Source: Pelagomonas calceolata (taxonomy: Eukaryota). From it: a stretch of 64,000 nucleotides of DNA. The DNA lies in NCBI GenBank assembly GCA_918797485.1, contig CAKKNE010000005.1:1178001-1242000 (forward strand). The letters run 5' to 3'. The notes under the pieces were generated by a model, which was not told the DNA's origin, made no database searches, and saw only the letters and a list, made by a program, of their open reading frames with translations. A program made the position numbers and the translations under genes. Below are positions 15,001 to 27,000 of the stretch, piece after piece (positions within the stretch are counted from its first letter, which is position 1; each line of letters begins with the position of its first letter).

Positions 15001-18000
15001 GTATGTCGACGATGCTATTGATCCAGAGCCACCTCTGGAACGCCTCCCCGTGGTCCATGGCGCTTCACCGGTGATTTTTGGCTCGTACTCTAGAGCTTCC
15101 ATCAGAATTACTGGCGAGCACTTCCTGCCTGAGACGCTATGTCGTTTTGGGGATCAAGACGTCGATGCCACATATGTATCTGATACAGTCTTACTGTGCG
15201 AGGCGCCTCCTCGTATTCCCTCTGATGTTGAGCTGAGAGTTTCTGTTGACTCTATACATTGGTCTCATACAAGTGTGAGATTGACCTACGCGCGCGACGC
15301 GTCGATCATCGACTTTGCGCCGTCGTCAGGACCGCTGCGAGGCGGTACTAGAGTTATGATAACAGGAAGGCACTTCCACGGGCCCGCCACATGTGTTTTT
15401 GGCGAGATTGAAGTGTACGCCTCGATCAGATCGGATACTGAACTAGTATGTGTGGCTCCCGCCGTGGCGCGACCAATGAAGGCAGCCTTGTCTGTTGAGA
15501 TGGGCGGCGTCGCCGTCCACGCGCCTTCGCCGTTTGCCTACGACTACCCACCGGAGATCGAGTCGATCGCGCCGCCGTCGGGACCCTCCGGTACTCGAGT
15601 GATTCTGCGAGGGAGGCGCTTCGGTGATCGTATCTGGTGCCGCTTCGGTTCCAGTGAAACGAGAGGCGCCGTGCTCACGCGTTCAAGGGCCTATTGCGTG
15701 ACACCGCCCCACACGAGCGGCGACGTCTCTCTAGAAATTTCATTAAATGGAAATGACTACTACGGGACGCACGCGAGATTCACATATGAACCAGACCTAC
15801 TGATAACAAGTGTCTGGCCGGAGATGGCCATGGGGACGCTGGGAGGTACTACATTAACTGTGAGAGGCACCGGGTTCCGGGAAACGCTCGGGTTGTCGTG
15901 CGACCTCGACGGGACACGTTCTAGAGCCGAAGTCGTTAGTCCAACATCTATTGTCTGCATGGCGCCGCCCCATAAAGCTGGATTGGTGTCGTTGCGAGTC
16001 TCGCTACACGGCAACGACCACGTCTCGAATACTCTACAAGTACTCTATGTTGATGAACCGCGGGTCATCGAGGTCTTCCCCGACCGCGGCCTGGCGACGG
16101 GCGGCTACGCGCTCTTCGTCGAAGGGACGAATTTCTGGAACACCAGTTCTATTAAATGTGATTTGGACGGCTACAAGGTCAAGGGCCGCTTCGTGAATCC
16201 CAGGATTATTGTTTGTAAAGCACCTAGCTTCGAGACGTTAACATCCTCGAGGTCACGAAGACACGTGCCTACGACGGCATTCAGTCGGAGAGAGCTGCGG
16301 ACGGGCGATCCTTCCGAAGATTCGGAACTGTTTGAATTCGGCAGCAAGCTCCCGTACGTGGCGCGCGTGCGCATCACGATCAATGGCCTCGACTACGGTA
16401 CTACTTCGGGTCTGTTCGAGTACTACGACGACGACTTACCTTGGGGGCATTACGTACAAGATGATCATGTGCAGCCCTGCCCGCCCGGCACGTACTGCCC
16501 ACAAGGTCGAAATACGAACTTCACGCTCTGTGCTCCGGGGACCTTCCAGCCGAGGCAAGCGCAAAGGTCATGTGTGGACTGTCCCATCGGCGCGCGGTGC
16601 CCGGACCACGGCATGCGGTGGTTCCGGAAATGCCCCGCGGGCTTCGCCTGTGTGTCTTGGGGCACGAAGGAGGCCACGACTCTCTGCCCGGCCGGCCATT
16701 ACTGCCGGGAGGGCGTTCTTACGACGAATCCGCGCCTCTACGACAATGATACAAGGTGGCGTCGCGACAACGAGACCGGCGTGGTCGTCGCGTCGCCCCA
16801 GATGTCTGCTTGGGTATTGCAACAGCGACAGTCGAAGGCTTTCAAAGTGAGAACTCAAACACCGTTTTCGTGGAATGAATCGGGCACGCAAGGCTATCGG
16901 CCGCCTTCGTCCTTCTCCGAGTCTCCATACTCGTCACAGCAAGTAGTGTATGCGCCGGTACCGTTTCCTTGCCCCATCGGCCACTACTGCAAGCAGGGGG
17001 CGTCTTCACATATCCCGATTCCGTCGAACTTCTCGACGCCGCAACGATGTTATGACGGGTACTTCTGCCCCGCTGGTTCAGCGACGCCCGAGGGTTCCGG
17101 AGCATGTCCTACGGGCCACTTCTGTCCGACGCCGGTCATGGCCGCGCGGTGTCCGCGCGGCCACCACTGCCCCGGCGTGGCCAATGTGTTCCCGCGCGAA
17201 TGCGCGCCCGGGACCTTTAACGGCCTCGAGGGGATGTCGAATTGTACCCTATGCCCGACCGGTCATGTGTGCCCGGGCTGGTCTAGGACACAGCCAGAAA
17301 GGTGCCCCGCGGGCTACGTCTGCAACGCGCTCGGCCAGTCGCAACCGGTGCTCACGTGTCCGGAAGGTTATTTCTGTGGAGAAGGCACGTTAACTCTCGA
17401 CCCGGCCGACCCGACACCTCTCAGACCCCAGCCCTGCCCGCCGGGCACGTTCTGCCTCGGCGGTGTGGCGCACAACCTCACGACGCCGTGGATCCCCGTC
17501 GAGCCTTCGGGCGTGTCCGCGCCGCAGCGCTGCACGGAGGGAACTTTTTGTAGAGAAGGTTCTCCGACGGCGATCGGTTCGCAGACGTGTTATGCGGGCC
17601 ATTATTGTCCGCCGGGGTCTACTTATCCAGTGCAGGCACCTTTAGGGTCTTTTAGTGATGTGGAAGGAGCAGTAGCACCAACGACGTGCTTCCCGGGCAC
17701 GTATGCCGCTTTGACGGCGGCCCACGCTTGTGTGGTGTGTCCCGCCGGTTATAGTTGCCAGGGCTACGGGACGTACGAACCGAAGATCTGCGAGGCGGGC
17801 ACTTACCGATCGCTGGCCGACAGTGTCACGTGTCGCCTATGTCCTCCGGGCACCTATTCGACCGTAAACGGTTCCACAGACATCTCCTCATGCCTCCCAT
17901 GCCCCGAGGGTCGAGTCTGCGGGGACCAGGGGATGTTCAATTTGACAGCTTCCGATAGATGTCCCGAGGGCCATTCCTGTGGAGTAGGAACAGAAAGAGG

Positions 18001-21000
18001 TACGATGTTCCGGCACAAGTGCCCCGGGGGCACGTATTGTGGCTGGGAGACCTTGCCCCAATATCAATACGAGCTACCTTGCCTCGAGGGGTTCTACTGC
18101 CAGCGAGGCACGACGGCGCAGATGAGACAGAGGGATAGATGTAGGGTCGGCTACTACTGCCCCCCAGCAACCGCCGCAGCCAGTCACCCCGAGACGCGGT
18201 GCCCCTACTTCACGACAAGCACGGCGGCCGTCGGCCAGTCGCACATCTACGACTGTTTAATTGATGTGCAGCACGTGTGCGACAAGAAATTGGCTTCTGA
18301 GTTTGACCCCTTCGACGAGCAGCGCTACTACCGGGAACTTACCTACTCCATTTTAGACGGTTCGGGCGAGCAGACGACGGTCGGCGGGACGGGCGAGGGC
18401 GAGGTGACGGTCGTCGCGAAAGTCAGTGACTCAGCGTCCGTTTCCTTCAATTTCTCAACTTGAACTTCGCGTCGATGGCGTCAACGCGACGCTGTGCCAC
18501 CGTGACGCCGTCGACGCGGCCGTGCGAGCGTCTACACGTCGCGTGAGGGAGCCGCGGCAGTTTCGCGACGCCGTCGATCGACACAGGTCATGCCCGTCAA
18601 TATCTCGGCGTTGCAGCCCAATTATACGGCCCCGAACTACGTCAATGACACGGTCGAGGTCTTCCGGACGTGCCCCGAATACATTGACCAAAGGGGCGGG
18701 CAGGACATCACCGTAATTGGTCGCAATTTCTTCGACACCGACTTACTGCAGTGCAAGTTCACGGCCTGTAGAAGCAATTCATCGGTAGCGACGCATCGCG
18801 AAGAGCCCCAGATCTGCGCCGTGCCGAACCAACACACGGATAGCGAAGGGACGCCGTCCGCGACGCGGTGCGGCGACACGTTCGTGCGGGAAAACTCCGA
18901 GGAAATTCAAGCTATTTGGGAAAAATTACCGTCCGCGAAGGACAAGGACAACAACTGGGTCTGGCCGCGCACGAACCAGGGGGCAAGCAGCCCGCGGTGT
19001 CCGGACGGCCGGACCGCGGAACAGGGCGAGGGCCAGGTGTCCGGCGAGGACCAGCCGACGGGGCCCGGCCACGCTAGAAGGCAGTGCTCGGAGAAGGAGC
19101 AGTTCTTGATGTTCGGGGATAAGGACGTGGAGTGCGACTTGCTGCCGGGCGTTTCTCCGAATGCCTTTGGTGGTCAGTGACTCAGCGTGAAAAATGAGCT
19201 TCAACTTGACGCGGTCGGCGCGACGGCGTCGGCGCGATGCCGCACCGCCTCGACGCCGTCGATGCGGCCGCATGAGGGAGTCGCGGCCGTGTCGTGACGG
19301 CGTCCGTGCCACACAGGCGAGCCGAGACCTTATACCACATCAGAGACCGGTCGTAGATATGTGCCGCAGAAATATTCCTGGATCGAGAACAACTGGGTCG
19401 ACGGCGGCAATCCCCTTAGGGTTGTGGCGGATCGTAGCATTGTGGTCGAAGCGACGTATGTGTCCAAAACTCGTTTAACATGTAAAGCACCGTCCTTCGA
19501 CTTTCCGACGCACGAGGAAGTCGCCCACAAGTTCCGCACGAGTTGTTTATTTGACCGGTTTCGACCGGGGCCCTGGCCCCTGAAAGCGCCCATTGATGCC
19601 AATGGAGACGAGTGCCGCGGGCCCGTCGACGATTGGCACCCGACGTGCAAAGCGGAGTATCCTTCCGGAAACCCGACGAGTGGCAGTCGCACGTCCGCCT
19701 CGGGCATGGAATGGCTGGGCCCGGACGAGGGCGGCAACCTGGCCTCGGCGCCGGGCGAGGGCGTCCGCGTCGTCAAAAACGACCCCTTTCCGAATCCCCA
19801 GCAACTAGAAAATCCCGAATTATTTTGTGAGGAGGGCCAGGTCTGCTGGGATCCTTCGCCAGCTTTTGAGGGGAACGGGCTGGCCTATCTGCAGGCGTGC
19901 GCGGAGCCGTCGCAGGACTGTCGGGTCTTCTGCGCGGACCAGTCGGCGACCTTTACGACGCTCTGTAAATTGGGCGAGAGAGGAGAAGTCAACAACCACT
20001 GCATGCAGATCCCCTGCCCGGACCTGCTGAAGACGCAGCCCGAGGCGAAGTACGGTTTTAGATTAGTGCTGACTCGGCGTCTTTTCTCGCGTTTTCCGAA
20101 CTTCAACTTTGGGACGAGGGCGTCGTCGTGGTCTCACGTCACCGTGGGGCCGTCTTCATGATCATACGAGGGTCTACGCGCCTCCCGCGGCCGTGTCGTG
20201 ACGGCGTCGGTGCCACACAGGTGCACGATTTAGTGTTTGCGGTGACGGCCAACGAACTGGCCCAGGAGAACAAGTACAAGGAGTTGTTGCGGGGCCCCGA
20301 CCACCAGGAGCGGACGATCAATTCGAACTACAACCGATGGAACCCGTGCGTCACTGCCGAAGTTTCTGTCGACGTGACGAATGATGGCACGCACTGGTGC
20401 GCGCGCGGCGTCCCTTCACTTCACTGATACGACTCGTCTCCATGAGACAAGGTCTCTTGTCCAATTTTGAGCCGATTCGGACCGCGTCGGGGCCGCGCGG
20501 CGTGCCAGAGAGTACGCATTCATGAAGATGGCGTCGTCGCGAGACCATGGTTTCCACGCAGGTCTTCCGACCTGACGAGCGCCTACGCCTTGCTCGTGGA
20601 ACCGACGGAGAAGTACATCAACCAGAAGACGCACCCGCAAAAACATTTTGTTCCCGGGACGTGGTCAGTGACTCAGAGCAGAAAATGAACTTGAACTTGA
20701 CGCGGTCGCGGCGATCGCGACGCCGCGTCGCCTCGACGCCGTCGATGCGACCGCATGAGCGCCTACGCGCCTCGTGAGAGAGTCGCGGTCGTCTCGCGAC
20801 GGTGTCGTTCCCACACAGGGCGGTGCTCACGTACGTGCGCCAGGACCGCTGGGTCGCGGACCAAGGGTCGTTAGACATGGACATCAAGCGCTGCTCCCAC
20901 TTCCTCGTGCGGGAGGAGGGTAATCATACAAGAGAGGAGGGCTGGTACTTATTAAGAGGCCTCGAGTCGGCGATGCTCAGTTTCGATTTCCGCCACCTCC

Positions 21001-24000
21001 CGAACGAACTGATCTATGACGAGCACTACCGCTTAGCTATATTTGTGAGACCGTCTAGGTGCGTGGAAGAAGAATGCGATGCAGCTAGAAACTTCCTGGG
21101 CCCGAAGGAGCGGTACCCCTGCCGCCAGCCGATCCACCTGTCGAACTGGTGCTGACTCAGTGTTGAAGTTGAACTTGAACTTGACGTGGTCTTCATGATC
21201 ACCAGGGCGCCCACGCGGCTCGTGAGAGAGTCGTTCCCGCGCAGGTTCCAGGATTCGAAAACGCCGAAAAACGTTTTATTTAACATGACATTGATAGCCC
21301 TCGACGACGTCATTTTTAAAATAGAAGTCCACGTCCTGAACGGCATGTGGCTCCCGGCCGTCGACTTCTTTCGCAATTCGGCGACGGTGCAAATCACATC
21401 TCCCAAGAGGGCGAGGCACCTCGACGAGTACACGCAGAACGTCCTCGAGGAGGAGACGCGCTACGACGACGTGCGATCTCGGCGTCCCGTCGTGTTGTGG
21501 TGCCTTCACGCCGTCGACGCGACTCGTCTCCGTCAGCTGAGGTCGTGGGTCGTTTTTTTGTCGATTTTGAGTCTCTGGAAGACGTCGGGGCCGTCGCGGG
21601 GTGTCGGAGAGACCGCGGTCGCGGCGACGCCGTCTCCGTGATCGTCGGAGCGTGAAGAGTCTCGCGACGGCGTCCGTGCCACGCAGGTCGACTGGCTGAC
21701 GTTGATGATGATTTATAGTGGCACGGGGTCGTTCTTCAATTTAAATGATAAGGTCCGTGACGCGGCGTCTTCATTGACCTTGAACTTGCCGGGGTCGTCA
21801 TGATCCCAGGAGAGTCTATCCGTGCCACGCAGGACAAGAACAATCGGCCCGGGCCCGACGCGGCGGAGCTCTATAAAACGCCCGTGAAGGATAAACTAAG
21901 ACGTAAATTGTCGCCCTACGTCAGTTTTGAAGAAAGGGACACGGACCTGTTCCACATGTGCCGAGTCAGCGTCGTGAATGAACTTGAACTTGTGACGTGG
22001 TCGCTGCGATGGCGTCGCTGCGATGGCGTGGTGCCTCGACGCCGTCGATGCGGCCGTCAGAGAGCCTTCGTGAGAGCGGCGGCGCCCGACGCGGTCCGAA
22101 TCGGCGGCCTCGTCTGACGAAGACGAGTCGCGTCGACGGCGTGAAGACCGCTCGTGACGCCGTCGTCGTGATCATGAGAGAGTCTGCGCGCCTCACGAGC
22201 GTCACGCGCAGGATCGGCATCTTCTACAACGACGACACGCAGTGGCACGGTCGCGGCGTCCCGTGATTCGTCTCGAGGAGTGATGGCCGGGGGTGGTCTC
22301 TTTTTTGCTGAAGAGGCCGTTCGGACCGAATCGCGTCCGAATGCACTCGAAATCACGAAAGAAACGACCCACGGCCTCCTCGCCCCCCGACGCCGTCGAC
22401 GCGACGCGTGAGAGGAGACGAAGACACGAAATGCGCCGCGCAGGCACCACTCGATGCCGCCCCTCAACATGCCCCCCACATATAAAGATTATGAACGGGG
22501 ACGGGTCTTGGTCGCCTTCAACAGCACGTGGGAGAGCCAGCAGACCGTGCCTTCCGTTGCGGAGCCCGAACCTTCGCTGCTCGTCGAGCCGGCGTGGTTC
22601 GAGGCTGTGTGGAAATCAAATTTCACGGCGCCTTCGTGCTGCATCGTCGCGTCGACCTCCACGCCATCTTCATGATATCTGCTCGATGGCGTGGAGGCTC
22701 ACAAATCCACCTGGAGGGCCGGGGAGACCTCCGCGGAGCGTCGCGGTCGCTCGACGCGGTCCGAACGGCCCCAAACTCGAAAAAGAAACCACTCTCATGG
22801 AAGTGAGATGGACACGAGTCGCGTCGACGGCGTGAAGGCGCCGCAGCACTCACTGGTTGATTTCCACACAGGTTCGAGGCGACGCACACGGACTTCGATC
22901 TGTACGAGCAGGGCTGCGAGGGCATGGTCGGCGAGTGCACGGGCTTGTACGAGCAGGCCATGGACCCGACGATGTATATCGATGTCAGTAAAATTGCGGA
23001 CGCGAATAGGTGCTGACTCAGCGCCAATTTCCTTGAATTTCTCAACTTGAACTTTGGGAAGATGGCGTCTTCGTGGTCTCCCGGCACCGTGACGCCGTCT
23101 TCATGATCATGAGAGCGTCTGCGCGTCGCGTGAGGGAGCCGCGGCCGTGTCGCGACGGTGTCGATCGACACAGGGACGTCTACTTCGAGACGTTCTTCAT
23201 GGCCGGCATCCTCTCTTCCCAAAGTTACCTGCAGATGAAGACGCTGTCGGCGGCGCTGGAGCAGAGCGAGGAGATCATGCAGTGGATCAACGTCATTTGC
23301 AGTGTGCCAAACTTCAAGTTGTGCTTCAATTTGAGGTCTCTCGCGGTCGGAGTGACGTTCCGCTCGCTCAACTCGGTCGATTGTATCAGAGAGACGTCGT
23401 GTCCGAGTTTGGGCCGAAAACATGGCCGCGGTGCCGAGATAGCGAGACGCGACCGCTCTCACTCGGCGAGAAGTGAGGAACGCGTCGCGTCGATGGCGTG
23501 GAGGCCTCGACGACGCTCTCCGACGCCGTCGACGCGAAGATAAGCTTGACTCACGGGTCGATTCCCACACAGGTCATTAGTGCGCGGCCCATTAGCGTGC
23601 CTTATTTACCGTACTTTTCGAACTGCCGCGAGTGGGACTCGTACGTCGTCTTCCACAATTTGGTGGAGAGCGATCGGTGCGAGTTACCGCCCGAAACTAC
23701 AAGAGAGGGCGCTTTTTCGGACCCGACGGCTCCGAAGCTGACGCCGTTGCGGCGCTACGCCTATCCCCCTTTACCGCACTACGACGACGTGCAAGCGGTC
23801 AAGTTCCTGGACATCGCGTTAGGCTTCGACAAGGTGCCGCTGGCGGACTGGTGCGAGCGGCGGGTCACGTGCAGCTACGAGGAGGTCACGACGGGCGGCT
23901 ACCTACCGCTCTGGTGCGGTCCCGGCGTCCCTTCACGCCATCGACGCGTCGTGGGTGGCTTTTCGAGAGATTTTGAGCCAATTCATTCGTGTCGAGACCG

Positions 24001-27000
24001 CGACGCGCGCAGGTTCAACCAGCCCGACGGCGCCATGTTGTTTCAATTTTTGAAGCAGCCGATCAGCTACCACCAGTACACGGGGCGGAAGCGGGAACGG
24101 ATCGGCGTGAACGATAGGATGCAGTGGGAGGACCTGGGGGGCGGGACCGTGCGTAGCTCGGCGTCTTGAGGTGCCCTTCACGCCATCGACGCGACTCGGG
24201 ACCGCGATGCGGTCCGAACGGCCTCGAAATCACGAAAGAAACCACGCTCATGGACGTGAGGTGGCCACGATTCATGAAGACCGTCGTACGCCGCCGCGCA
24301 GGTGTTCTTAGTAAGAGCGCAGGACATGGACAATATAATAAACGTGGAGGTCGCGTCCGAGTTCCCGGGCGGCCTCGGGTACTCGTACTTTCCGTCGGCG
24401 TTCGTCCTCGAGATCGGCTACAAGCAGGTGCTGACTCAGCGTCCGTTTCTGTCGATGGCGTCGACGCGACCGCCGTCGAGTCGCGATGCGGTCCGAACCG
24501 GACCCATCGCCGTCTCTGATGGCCACGAGTCGTATCAATGGAGCGAGAGCCACGCGCAGGTCACGATGGCGCGCTGGAAGTACAAGGAGATCATCTTTGC
24601 GGTGCTCCACGTCCAGGAGATGCAAAATGAAAGGAGAAATGAGGACGGCTCGCCGGTGGGACCGCCGGACTACGAGTACACTTTAGATGTCTCCTACCAC
24701 CCGCGCTGACTCAGCGTCTGTTACTAAACATGACCCGAAGTTGAACTTTGGGAACACGCAGGCTGGACTACATCGAGTTAATTGTGTGGTTCGCGTTCGA
24801 AGAAAAGGTTTTCTTAATTATTTTTTTCATCGCGGGTTTTCTGACGATTCTGATCAGTGTCATTCTGTGGACGTCCGTTCGTTTAACGACCATGTTGGAG
24901 AACCCGCCTCGCGTGAGGATCTGGTCGACACTGTTATTAATTATAGTGCCGCCCTTCCAGGGCGTGCTGCTGGGCTTCATTCCCATCTTCGTGGCGCAGA
25001 TGAGTATGAGTTTGCTCATCAAGCGCGGACCCGCGTCCCGCGATCTCGGCGCCGCGTCGACGGCGTCTGGGGGCGTCGTCGAGCCCTCCACGCCGTCGAC
25101 GCGACGCTATCCTCGCTTCTCGCCGAGTGAGAGCGGTCTCGGCACCGATGTTTTCGGCCCAAACTCGGACACGACGTCCCTCTCATACAATCGACCGCGT
25201 AGCGCGAACCACACCCCACGCACACCCCGAGAGACCACGAACCTTGATTTCCACGCAGGCCGATCATGGCGGAGGACGCGCTCTTCGCGTTCATCCCGGG
25301 CTACCCCGTGCGCTCGCGGCGTCCCTTCACGCCGTCGACGCGACTCGTGGCCATCAGACGAGGTCTCTCGTCCAATTTTGAGTGAATTCGGACGCGATGC
25401 GAGCGACGTCGACCGAATCGCCTCAAAATTCACCCACCGCCATGATTCCCGGACACGACCACGCCACGACCGCCATACCCCGACGCAGGTGCGCTACGTC
25501 GTCAAGAACATCCCCATGGAGATGGTCGTCGCGGGCACTGACGCAGCGTCTGTTTCCTTCAATTTCTCAACTTGAACTTTGGGAAGATGGCGTTCTCGCG
25601 GTCTCACGTCACCGTGACGTGCGGCAGTTTCGTGACAGTTTCGCACGCAGGCATCTTCCACAACATCTTCGGAAGTGGCAGTCTCATCGGTTTGTACATC
25701 ATGCAGACGGACGCGAACAACGCGGTCATGGGGCTGCAGCCCGTGGAGTGGCAAGATCCCGTCAGTGACTCAGTGTTGAAGTTGAAGTTGAACTTGAACT
25801 TGAACTTGACGTGGTCGCGGCGGTGTCGCGACGGTGTCCGTTCCACGCAGGTGATCGACGAACCTAAGTTAAGAGCTGCGAGAAGCGGCCGCCTCGGCTT
25901 CACGTTCGTCGTCATCGCGATGCGGTGCTGGCAGGCGGCCTGCCAGATGTTTTTACCCAATAGAACTACTCAACGAGAGTTGGATATTCAAAAAAGACGC
26001 GACCCCGCGGCGGAGAAGGAGGATATATGGAATCCCAACGCGTGGAAGCGGTCCGCGGTCCCGCGTCCGGGATGGGGGTGCTGCGGTGCCTTCGTCTCCA
26101 TCGCACGATGCCGTGGGTGGTTTCTTTTTCGATTCTGAGGCCATTCGGACCGTTTCCAGTGAATCGAGTCGCGTCGATGGCGTGGAGGCGCCTGTACACG
26201 TCAAAACGCGGAGATCACACCCGGGTCGCGCGCAGGTCGAACCTCATCTTCACGAGCTTCACGATGGGCCTCTTCTGCTGCGTCGTCGCCGAGTTCTCGT
26301 ACTGGCAGTACTTCGGGACGTACATCTGGTTCGTGATCATTGGACTCAGGCCGCTGGGGCAGTTCCTCTGCGCCATCGTGGAAGAGCAGCTCCAGGAGGC
26401 GCTGCTGGTCATGCCGGTGATGACGGCGTTCGACATGACCTGTGGTGTCATTACGCTGTCGTGTGACGACTTCGTCGACTTCATGGTGCTGACTCGGTGT
26501 GTTGAACTTCAACTTGAACTTGCCGGGGTCGCGGCGATGGCGTGCCGGCGAGAGCTACACTACCGCCACGCCGTCGCCGCGTCGCCTCGACGCCGTCGGC
26601 GTGGCCGTCAGGGAGTCTACGCGTCTCGCGCGAGAGCCGCGGCGGTTTCGCGATTGTATATGTGCCACGCAGGGCGGGTATTTTATTGAATTGGGCATGG
26701 GCCTCTGCGAGCAGGTCTACTTCGACCCGGCCCTCGTCGATATTATTGATGGGGCCTTTTATTACTGGAACGAGCTCAAGGCGAAGACATTAAAATTGTT
26801 GCCGAAGTGGATTATTGGCGCTGACTCAGCGTGATTTCCTTCAATTTCTCAACTTGAACTTCGCGTCGATGGCGTCGACGCACCGCTTCGACGCCCTCTT
26901 CATGATCGTCAGAGCGTCGACGCCTCTCGCGTGGCAGTTTCGCGACGGTGTCCGTGCCACACAGGTTCTTCCGCAGAACAGGCGGCGGAGAAGAGCGAGG

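Noticed and set aside
68..18463. ORF-track 6131-aa ORF as a complete standalone gene
   Set aside because: The frame is open upstream of the GTG at 68, and the terminal VSDSASVSFNFST* is read-through into an introner; similar tails end the ORFs at 23050 and 25575.
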